Source: Thermodesulfobacteriota bacterium
GTDB taxonomy: Bacteria; Desulfobacterota; Desulfobacteria; Desulfobacterales; B30-G6
Assembly (NCBI GenBank): GCA_039714495.1
Contig: JBDLJD010000001.1
Span: 19,318 to 83,317, forward strand
Direction: 5' to 3'
DNA length: 64,000 bases
A program made the translations under genes and the position numbers. The notes beneath the pieces are model-generated. The model had not been told where the DNA came from. It did no database searches and saw only the letters and a list, made by a program, of their open reading frames with translations. Shown here in pieces: positions 26,966-38,629 of this stretch. Numbering within the stretch: the first letter of the stretch is position 1; every line of letters starts with the position of its first letter.

Positions 26966-27637
26966 CTAAACGGATTCCTTTTCCTTGCGGGAAGACTTCA
27001 GGGCCGCCAGCTCTGATTCAATATCATTATCCACATATAGATTGTCAAATGCTTCCTCGAGGGTCGGTTTCCGGCCGAAATTAACCAGGTCGGCCTCGGC
27101 CTCCATGCGTTCGATCCGGTTTTCAAGGTTGTCAAAGCGATTCATGGTTTCAAAATTGTCCATACGGCGGATTTCTTCCTGGGCCCTTCTTTTCCTGCGC
27201 GCCCGAATATGCCGCTGGATGAGCATACGCTGTTTTTCCCTGGCATTGTGAAGTTTGTCCTCGAGTTGGCGGATGTCATTTTGGTACTGCTCCACCATGT
27301 CATCGTGCTCTTCCAGTTCCCGTTTGATCGCTTCCGTCATCTCGGCAAAACGCCGCTTTTCAGCCAGGGCCTCCCTGGCCAGGTCATCCCTGCCTTTATC
27401 AACCGCCAGGCTGGCCATCTCCTGCCAGTAGGCCCTACGGTTTTCCACATCGCTCAACCGGCGGTTTAGCTTTTTACGGCCGGCAAGTACCCCCGCACAG
27501 GCGGCCTTTATTTCCACCAGGGTGTCTTCCATTTCTCGAATCATCATCTTGATCAGTTTTTCCGGATCTTCCGCCCTGTCCAGCATGGTGTTGATGTTCG
27601 AACTTATGATATCCCTGAAACGTGTAAAAATACCCAT
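26966..27637 (-). CDS. pspA: phage shock protein A (PspA/IM30 family)
   Basis: MGIFTRFRDIISSNINTMLDRAEDPEKLIKMMIREMEDTL. Coiled-coil, 223 aa. Confidence 0.9.
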   Translation of the reverse strand: MGIFTRFRDIISSNINTMLDRAEDPEKLIKMMIREMEDTLVEIKAACAGVLAGRKKLNRRLSDVENRRAYWQEMASLAVDKGRDDLAREALAEKRRFAEMTEAIKRELEEHDDMVEQYQNDIRQLEDKLHNAREKQRMLIQRHIRARRKRRAQEEIRRMDNFETMNRFDNLENRIERMEAEADLVNFGRKPTLEEAFDNLYVDNDIESELAALKSSRKEKESV

Positions 27638-27709
27638 TGTTTTTCTCCTGTCATTGCATTGGCTTGCTTCTCTTGTGGTCTGTAAGCGCTCGCTTTAGAT
27701 TTCACAATG

Positions 27710-27725
27710 AGCAGAAACTGTGCCA
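27710..27725 (-). promoter_or_regulatory. sigma54 (-24/-12) promoter of pspABC
   Basis: The minus strand reads TGGCACAGTTTCTGCT, with GG-N10-GC spacing correct, about 74 nt upstream of the pspA ATG. Divergent pspF encodes the cognate bEBP. An inverted repeat aacacaat (27737-27744) / attgtgtt (27775-27782) further upstream is a candidate UAS. Confidence 0.7.
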
Positions 27726-27859
27726 TCCTGGAGAAAAACACAATATCCCCTTGTTATTTCAGATAAAATTTTACATTGTGTTGGTTTACCCAATATGGTA
27801 TATTTTACCATGTTTTGGCAAATACAACCACTTAATGGTAATTATTAATAAATCAGACA

Positions 27860-28882
27860 ATGCCTTCGCCGTCCAAGACCATAGACATGGATGCCATCGG
27901 GCAGTCCGAAGCCTTTCTCGACTTCCAGGAAAAACTCTCCCGGGTGGCGCCGATCAATCGCCCCTTGCTTTTGATGGGAGAGCGCGGCACCGGAAAAGAA
28001 CTGGCAGCCTCGCGCCTGCATTACCTCTCTTTGCGCTGGCAGGAACCTTTTGTGGCCTTGAATTGTGCAGCGCTTTCACCCACGCTCATCGAGTCAGAGC
28101 TTTTCGGGCATGAAAAAGGCGCTTATACCGGTGCTACCGGCCTGCGCCAGGGACGGTTCGAAGCCGCGGACGGCGGCACTCTTTTTCTGGATGAAATCGG
28201 CATGATTCCTCTGGAAACCCAGGAAAAGATTTTGCGCGTCGTGGAATACGGCACCTTTGAAAGGGTGGGCGGCTCCACACCTGTAGATGTGGACGTGCGT
28301 ATTGTCGGTGCAACCAATGCAGACCTTCTGCGCCTCACCCGTGAGGGCACTTTTAAAAGGGACCTTCTGGATCGGTTATCTTTCGAGGTGCTTTTCCTGC
28401 CCCCCTTAAGGGCGCGCCAAGGGGATATCCCTTTGATGGCCGACTATTTTGCCCGCCGCATGGCCTATGAGTTGAATTGGGAAGAGATGCCCATCTTCAG
28501 TGAAGCGGTGCTTTCGCAAATGGAAAAACATCCCTGGAAGGGGAATGTGCGTGAACTAAAAAATGTTGTCGAGCGGGGTGTTTACCGGTCGGCCGGCCCC
28601 CGGATCACCCACGTGGATTTTGAGCCGTTTCAATCGCCTTATTTGCTGCCCGATGAACCGTCAGAACCGGTCTCATCGGAATTATCAGAACGCCTGGAAA
28701 ACAGGGGAAACATCACCCACACAAACCTGCCTCTCAAAGAGGCGGTCCATAACCTGGAGATATCCATGCTGAAACAAGCCCTTGTGGCAGCTCGGCACAA
28801 CCAGAAAAAGGCCGCAAAATTACTGGGGCTTACCTATGACCAAATCAGGGGGTTGATGCGGAAATATAAAAATGAAATTTGA
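27860..28882 (+). CDS. pspF: sigma54-dependent transcriptional activator PspF (AAA+ and HTH, no receiver domain)
   Basis: Walker [15 protein letters not shown]-like variant GAYTGA, C-terminal [21 protein letters not shown]. Divergent from pspA. Confidence 0.85.
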   Translation: MPSPSKTIDMDAIGQSEAFLDFQEKLSRVAPINRPLLLMGERGTGKELAASRLHYLSLRWQEPFVALNCAALSPTLIESELFGHEKGAYTGATGLRQGRFEAADGGTLFLDEIGMIPLETQEKILRVVEYGTFERVGGSTPVDVDVRIVGATNADLLRLTREGTFKRDLLDRLSFEVLFLPPLRARQGDIPLMADYFARRMAYELNWEEMPIFSEAVLSQMEKHPWKGNVRELKNVVERGVYRSAGPRITHVDFEPFQSPYLLPDEPSEPVSSELSERLENRGNITHTNLPLKEAVHNLEISMLKQALVAARHNQKKAAKLLGLTYDQIRGLMRKYKNEI

Positions 28883-28916
28883 CGGTTATGCATGCGCCAA
28901 TGCATGCATAACCGTC
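28881..28916. terminator. bidirectional intrinsic terminator (15-bp perfect stem)
   Basis: gacggttatgcatgc-gccaat-gcatgcataaccgtc with T-rich tracts on both sides. Lies between convergent pspF and the lytic transglycosylase gene. Confidence 0.8.
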
Positions 28917-28921
28917 ACGTT

Positions 28922-29494
28922 TCATTTTTCTTGGAACACGTGGTAATAATTGATCACCTTTTTAACATAGTCCTCTGTCTCCCTGATGGGCGGAATGCCG
29001 CGATAACGGTCAACGGCGGTTGGTCCGGCGTTGTAGGCTGCCAGCGCCAGGGGGAGCTTGCCATTGTAGCGATCCATCATCATTTGAAAGTATTTTGACC
29101 CGCCTAAAATATTTTCCCGGGGGTCAAACGGGTCGTCGATATCAAGGGAGTCATAGTTTTTAGGCATGATCTGCATCAGGCCCTTGGCGCCTTTTTTTGA
29201 TACGGCTTTGGTATCGAAGTTTGACTCCACACGAATCATGGCCTTTATCAAAGCAAAAGAAATACCTGAAATATGCGAGGCCTCGCTGATCAGATGATCA
29301 TATTGATTCACAGGCTCTTCTGACGGCAATTTTTTCTGCTTTTCCTTGATGTATAATTTATAGTTCGATGATGTGGGGGTGTTGGTGAAATGAAGGATCC
29401 CATCACTGTCCAGATACATGTAAATGTCGGCAAAAACGGGAGCCGTTTTCAATAACAAGATCATGCACAGGGCGAGACAACCTAACTTATTCAT
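28922..29494 (-). CDS. lytic transglycosylase (SLT domain) with N-terminal DUF4124-like region
   Basis: Signal peptide, then YMYLDSDGILHFTN, and SLT catalytic region IRVESNFDTKAVSKKGAKGLMQIMP. ATGA overlap with the upstream helicase gene. Confidence 0.85.
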   Translation of the reverse strand: MNKLGCLALCMILLLKTAPVFADIYMYLDSDGILHFTNTPTSSNYKLYIKEKQKKLPSEEPVNQYDHLISEASHISGISFALIKAMIRVESNFDTKAVSKKGAKGLMQIMPKNYDSLDIDDPFDPRENILGGSKYFQMMMDRYNGKLPLALAAYNAGPTAVDRYRGIPPIRETEDYVKKVINYYHVFQEK

Positions 29495-32400
29495 ATGGAA
29501 AACAGTTCCAGCTGGGTGTGACCCTTTTTACGAGGGCGGCCCTCAGCCACGCGATGATAATTTTTAAGGTTCTGTTCGATGTCACGGATAAACCTGGATG
29601 GTTCCCTTGATTCATTTTTTCCAAAAACCGTGCGTTTTTTCACATAGCTTAAAAACAACGCCTGCTTGGCGCGTGTCATGGCCACATACAACAGTCGGCG
29701 CTCCTCCTCTATATTTTCGGCATCCCCATTCTGCGGTTTGAAAGGAATATAGCCCTCTTCACAACCACTCACAAAAACCACTGGAAATTCAAGTCCTTTG
29801 GATGCATGCATGGTCATCAGGGATACTTTCTCAGTGTTGGCATCAAACAGGTCTGTGTCTGTCTGCAGCGATGTTGTCTGACAAAGCACAGCCGTTGTGG
29901 GATATTGATTTGAATGCTCGACGAATTTTTCCAGTGCAGCCCTTGATTCCCTGTCGGGTGCCGCTTTTTCACGAATCTGGCTGTTGTCCAGTATAAACCT
30001 TATTTTCTGTTGCGGGGTTAATCCCTTCATTTGCAGGCGAAGAGTGTTTATTTTATCAATAAACTTAACGATTTTTAGCTGGCGCTCCTTCTTCATCCCA
30101 ATCACCGGAAAACGACGGGTGTTGTCCAGTGCTTCCAGAAGAGCGTAGTTGTTTTCAAATGCCCATTTTTTCCATTTCTGTACGGTATTGGGTCCCAGAC
30201 CGGACCCCGCATATTTAAAAATCCTTTCCATATCCATATATGATCCTGTTTTTTCAATTATTTTCAGAAAGGAAAGGGTAAAGTCTACACTTTTTTCAGA
30301 AAATGCTTCATCCTTGGAAGCAACCTGGAACGGTATGCCGGCCCGTTTGAGCACATCGGCAAACACCTCACACTGGCGCCCGGTCCGGAACAACACGGCA
30401 AAATCGCCAAAAGAACAATCCTCCATGGTTGTGTCGGTTTTCTCGAAATCAATGGAATAAAACCCCAACCCACCGACCATACGCTCAATTTCTTTTCCAA
30501 TGGCCACGGCTTCACCCTGCTCGTCAGCGCAGGGTAGAACATTGATGCTTTCCGGTCCATCGATCTTCGAAAAAATTTTTATAGCGTCCCGGCCCTCCTT
30601 GGTGGACCCTATCATCTGTTGCGAGGCTTCGAGCACCACCTGCACCGAACGGTAATTTCGGGACAGATTGATGGAAAGCGCCTGGGGATAGTCTTTGGTA
30701 TACCGGTTGAAGAAACGCGCATCAGATCCTCTGAACCCGTAGATAGACTGGTCAGGATCCCCAATGACACAGATGTTGGCATTCTGCGGGGCCAGGTGTT
30801 TTATAATGCGATATTGTGCAAAATTAACGTCTTGATATTCATCTACAAAAATATATTTAAACTGTTTTTGAAATCGATTTACCCGCTCCGGGGAATCATC
30901 AAATATCTTGACCACATTATAAATCAAATCCTCGAAGTCCCACAGATGGTCCCTTGATAGCTGGTTTTGATAATTTATATAAACCTGTTGAAATAGCCTC
31001 TGGGAAACGTCTTTGATGGTGCCGGGCCGTTTATGAGGTCCGCGGATCTGCTGCTTTTCTCCAGCCACCCAGTTGGCCAGGTCACCTAATTTTATGCCGA
31101 TATCGACACGTGCCTTTTTTAGACTATTGGCTGCCTGTTCGAAAAAATACCTTCTTTCGTTTTCATCTACTATCCTGAAAGAATTCATTTTTTCCATATC
31201 CTGGAGCACTTGGACACAAAAAGCATGAAATGTCGTCGCCAGCGGGGCTTTTGTTTTATCCCCTAATATCTGTTTAAGCCGATGGTGCATCTCTTCGGCA
31301 GCTTTGTTGGTAAAGGTAAGCGCCAGAATATTATCGGGTTTTGCCTGATGGCTGTCGATCAGATGCGCTATTCTATGGGTTATGGTCAGGGTTTTGCCCG
31401 TTCCAGGACCGGCAACGATGATCAGGGGGCCTTTTCCATGAAGAACGGCCTGTTGCTGTTGTTTATTGAGAATAGATTTTTGGTTAGCTGTCGTCTTTTT
31501 TTTTTTACCGGTTTTCTTCTTGATAAAAAGACGGCCTTTGGGGGAGTTTTTTTTTTTAGATTCTTGCTTGGGAATATTGAAAAGCTTTTTCTGCCCGGAC
31601 AGGGTCTCTTTTTCTTTGGCGTCAAAAAGGGAAATTCTACCGAATTCACCATCATATCCTGGATGGACTTTCACCTCGTTTCGGCGGGCGCGCAGGATGG
31701 CTTCACTAAAATACGGCAAATCAACGGTTTCTATCTGATCAACATCAAGGAAATTGATAATATCCAACTCCGGCCCGAGTTGGCCTAACAGACGGTCATA
31801 ATGATAGGACACTTTCTTGGTATTGGGGCCCACACTCAATATTTCCGAAAGTATTTCTCTCAACGGTATTATACTCTGAAAGGCATGTCTTTTTTCGGGC
31901 TGGATGCCTTCTTCACGGTCCGCCAACTCTTCGACCCGGTACAGCACTCCCAGGGTCATGGGTTTATGGCAGACCGGGCAGATACCTTCATGGATTATGG
32001 TATCCCGCGGCCAGGAGCGCACATTGCACTTCCGGTGTCCGTCCAGATGATATTTGCCCTCTTCAGGATAAAACTCCAGCGTTCCCAGAAAGGTTGAAGG
32101 GTCCCCTTCTTCCATGGCCTGGCGGATATGTTTAAAGGATAGTTCTGTATTAAACATATTCGCCTCTCTACCCAGTTTACTGGGCGAATGGGCATCGGAA
32201 TTGGATATCAATGTCATATCATCGAGGAATTTTATCCGCCAGTTCATGGGGGGATCAGAGGAAAGACCCGTTTCAACGGCAAAAATATAAGGCGTCAGAT
32301 CTTCAAAACATTCTTCTATGGTGTCAAATCCTGATTTAGATCCCAAAATAGAAAACCAGGGTGTCCATATATGCGCGGGAACTAAAAAGTTTTTTTCAGA

Positions 32401-32862
32401 TTTTTTCAGAACAATTTCAAGAAGATGTTTGGCATCGAGGCCCAGGATAGGCCTTCCGTCGGAGTGGATATTGCCTATTTTTTCCAATTCTTTATTAAAG
32501 GACGCAGCAATGGTAAGATCGGGGATAAAGACCAGGTTGTGGTTTTTCCTGGTTTTCCCGTCTTTTTTATAAATATTACTTATTTCCGTTGTCAGAACAA
32601 ATCGCACATCACCCCTACAGGCAGCTGGAACATGTTCGTCTAAGGATGTAGCTATATCCTCCCTCAGTTTAAAAAGGCCTTCCTCCGCCGGTATTAACTT
32701 TGTTTCAATTTCGTCAAACCATCCGGGATGGGTAAAATCACCTGTCCCGATGACATGTATACCTTTTAGCTGAGCTGATATATAAAGATTTTCAAGATCT
32801 AAATTTTTAGCGGTTGCGCGAGAGTATTTTGAATGGATGTGAAAGTCGGCAATAAATTTCAT
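29491..32862 (-). CDS. fusion protein: N-terminal EndoQ-like PHP nuclease with Zn finger, then a Lys-rich linker and a UvrD/PcrA/Rep SF1 helicase
   Basis: 1123 aa. Residues 1-~425 carry FIADFHIHSKYSRAT, GTGDFTHPGW, PAHIWTPW, SNSDAHSPSKLGREAN, GKYH and CPVCHKPMTLGVLYRVEELAD, colinear with archaeal endonuclease Q. Residues ~475-1123 carry Walker A AGPGTGKT, DEYQDVN, and YRSV and TMHASKGLEF helicase motifs. Confidence 0.8.
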   Translation of the reverse strand: MKFIADFHIHSKYSRATAKNLDLENLYISAQLKGIHVIGTGDFTHPGWFDEIETKLIPAEEGLFKLREDIATSLDEHVPAACRGDVRFVLTTEISNIYKKDGKTRKNHNLVFIPDLTIAASFNKELEKIGNIHSDGRPILGLDAKHLLEIVLKKSEKNFLVPAHIWTPWFSILGSKSGFDTIEECFEDLTPYIFAVETGLSSDPPMNWRIKFLDDMTLISNSDAHSPSKLGREANMFNTELSFKHIRQAMEEGDPSTFLGTLEFYPEEGKYHLDGHRKCNVRSWPRDTIIHEGICPVCHKPMTLGVLYRVEELADREEGIQPEKRHAFQSIIPLREILSEILSVGPNTKKVSYHYDRLLGQLGPELDIINFLDVDQIETVDLPYFSEAILRARRNEVKVHPGYDGEFGRISLFDAKEKETLSGQKKLFNIPKQESKKKNSPKGRLFIKKKTGKKKKTTANQKSILNKQQQQAVLHGKGPLIIVAGPGTGKTLTITHRIAHLIDSHQAKPDNILALTFTNKAAEEMHHRLKQILGDKTKAPLATTFHAFCVQVLQDMEKMNSFRIVDENERRYFFEQAANSLKKARVDIGIKLGDLANWVAGEKQQIRGPHKRPGTIKDVSQRLFQQVYINYQNQLSRDHLWDFEDLIYNVVKIFDDSPERVNRFQKQFKYIFVDEYQDVNFAQYRIIKHLAPQNANICVIGDPDQSIYGFRGSDARFFNRYTKDYPQALSINLSRNYRSVQVVLEASQQMIGSTKEGRDAIKIFSKIDGPESINVLPCADEQGEAVAIGKEIERMVGGLGFYSIDFEKTDTTMEDCSFGDFAVLFRTGRQCEVFADVLKRAGIPFQVASKDEAFSEKSVDFTLSFLKIIEKTGSYMDMERIFKYAGSGLGPNTVQKWKKWAFENNYALLEALDNTRRFPVIGMKKERQLKIVKFIDKINTLRLQMKGLTPQQKIRFILDNSQIREKAAPDRESRAALEKFVEHSNQYPTTAVLCQTTSLQTDTDLFDANTEKVSLMTMHASKGLEFPVVFVSGCEEGYIPFKPQNGDAENIEEERRLLYVAMTRAKQALFLSYVKKRTVFGKNESREPSRFIRDIEQNLKNYHRVAEGRPRKKGHTQLELFSI

Positions 32863-33198
32863 GGAAGGTTTATTTAACTGCCCGTTTTAGGTTAAAATTT
32901 TCTTGTATATTTTTGAGTAGCAGGCTATATATCTTCATTTAATATATTACTTAATACAATATATAGTATATTTCGCGTTTTTTTAGAATACAATGTTTTC
33001 ATTCATTGTTAATAAATATCCACTTATGAACATCGCCTTGAAAAATGTACACAACCGGGCTGTTCTTTATACGTATTCAACACATTTATTGAAAACCTTT
33101 TATCAAATTAAATTAAATATAGTCAATTTATTATAGACTTATTAGTTTTATTGACACTCTATACTTATACTTATTTTAAATTTAAATAAGGAATAGAT

Positions 33199-36758
<3,560 letters not shown>

Positions 36759-36792
36759 ATAATATTTATAAAATTGAGTTGTAGTATTTATA

Positions 36793-36824
36793 AAAGGGCA
36801 ATCTAATTATATAGGTTGCCCTTT
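36793..36824. terminator. bidirectional terminator hairpin between gyrB and the FabH-like gene
   Basis: aaagggcaa-N14-ttgcccttt, followed by tgaatttt. Confidence 0.7.
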
Positions 36825-36846
36825 TGAATTTTGGTATAAATTTTTA

Positions 36847-38367
36847 TTATAGGCGCTGCAGAAAAGAGCTGCGCGTCATACCTGCACCCACGGAATCGTT
36901 GAGGATGATCTTCGCCGATCTGAGCGCTTCCAGGTTGCGATTGATGGGCAAGCCGTTGATGGTGTCCGGTTTGAGCGCGCTTTTGGCCAGGTCATAGGGC
37001 AATCGCTGCATACAGACCACCGAGCAGTTGCCCCTTTCATGGATATTGGTGATCATTTTGTTGGCCAGGTAATCCACGATATCCTGCTTAAGGTCGGGTT
37101 GGCCGTCGTCCAATACTTTTTCCAGGGTCAAGGGGAGCATGGCAAAGTTGGCCTGGTGTTCGACCAGAAGGTCAAGCTTTTGCATAGTAAGATTATTGTC
37201 ACCAAGCAGGGCGTCCATATGGCTGCGGGCACCTCGTGTGGCATAGAGAAAAACACCCTTGCCGTTCATTTCGCCGAACAGTTCACCGTCCCGTTCAACT
37301 GCTTGAATATACGGGGCAAAGCAGCCATGGGTTCTGGTGCGGGCATCAACGATGCCATTTTCCGGCTGTGTAAATTCATACGATTCGCTCTTGTGGACAG
37401 TCACCTCCACGGAATAATCCTGTTGGAGATAAATAGAGATGATATTCTTTTGTTTTCCCGACAGGATGTATGTTTTGGCAAAGGTTTTGACGAGCTCGGG
37501 ATCATCGTTGAGGGTGTTGATGTCAAAAGCAAAGGAATCTACATGGTTTTCATACAGGCCCATGAGGCTTTTGAAACTGGTTGCCTGGTCAGCCTGTTCC
37601 GGGTGCATGTGTTGGACCAGGCAATGCTGCACCCGGGCTGATATGGCCGGAACCCGCATGGGAAGAATGCCCAGTTTGTTGTCGATGATGATGCCGTCAA
37701 TTTTGTCGTTTCCGTTCAGATTATAGATGATATTTGCCAGTTGGTCGGTGAAATCCTTTTTCAGGGCCCCTTTAAATGTCTTGGTTTCAATGTTGTTTTG
37801 AGGCATTTCCTGGCTGCAGGTTGTTTCCAGGGCTGTGGCCACGGAATCGTCCCCAAAGATGATGTTGGATGTGTTCTTGGGTTTGAAGGCTTTGCAGCGG
37901 TGGATGTTTTCCGCTCCCACAACAATGGAGATATCCCCCTCCTTAAGGTAGCCGGTGAGGGAAAGCATCAGTAACAGTTCAACGGAGACATTGTAGCCCG
38001 GGCATCCGGCATACAGGTCAAGGGCAGTGGCATTCGGGCACTTGTCCTTGATGATGTCGAACGGGTAACGGATAAGCGGTCCCGGGTCGAATTTGTCATC
38101 CCCCACATTGGTGGCCCCGATTATGAGCTTTACCCGGGCGGGATCGAACGCATTGGTTTCCATGAGGTCATCAACGGAAATGGTACCAATTCTGACATCA
38201 TCGGGCGCCACCACACGGGTGCGGATACCGATGCGTTCTTCGATGGTTTTATGGGTTACCGGTATATTCCCCTTGAAGAACATACCTTTGTTTTCATACA
38301 TGGCGTTGTCGGTGAGGGTACCGCCGTTCCATGCACCATAACCCAGGATCTGCAGTGCTGAATTCAT
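36847..38367 (-). CDS. FabH/KAS III-like thiolase-fold condensing enzyme with ~150-aa internal insertion
   Basis: 506 aa. Putative Cys-His-Asn triad contexts LYAGCPGYN, VEHQANFAML and RGNCSVVCM. FabH-like MNGKGVFLYATRG and a C-terminal DSVGAGMT. The region between the halves has no FabH counterpart. Confidence 0.65.
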   Translation of the reverse strand: MNSALQILGYGAWNGGTLTDNAMYENKGMFFKGNIPVTHKTIEERIGIRTRVVAPDDVRIGTISVDDLMETNAFDPARVKLIIGATNVGDDKFDPGPLIRYPFDIIKDKCPNATALDLYAGCPGYNVSVELLLMLSLTGYLKEGDISIVVGAENIHRCKAFKPKNTSNIIFGDDSVATALETTCSQEMPQNNIETKTFKGALKKDFTDQLANIIYNLNGNDKIDGIIIDNKLGILPMRVPAISARVQHCLVQHMHPEQADQATSFKSLMGLYENHVDSFAFDINTLNDDPELVKTFAKTYILSGKQKNIISIYLQQDYSVEVTVHKSESYEFTQPENGIVDARTRTHGCFAPYIQAVERDGELFGEMNGKGVFLYATRGARSHMDALLGDNNLTMQKLDLLVEHQANFAMLPLTLEKVLDDGQPDLKQDIVDYLANKMITNIHERGNCSVVCMQRLPYDLAKSALKPDTINGLPINRNLEALRSAKIILNDSVGAGMTRSSFLQRL

Positions 38368-38629
38368 CGGGGGGTAAATCTCCTTGGTGAATAATTGTAT
38401 TGATTATGAATAATACTATATGGGAAGAAGAAGAAAAGGTCTTTAAGTAGAAATTACCACTGATTTTGTAAAAGAAATGTAAAAATAAATTTTCATGCAT
38501 CTTATTTACATGAGCAGATGAAAACATCGGTAATATAATTGGCTTTCATGCTTTGTTAAGCGTATCTGAGCATGAAAATTTATGGAATGCGGCTTCGCCG
38601 CTCAATTATCAATGATGGGAGCCAAATCA

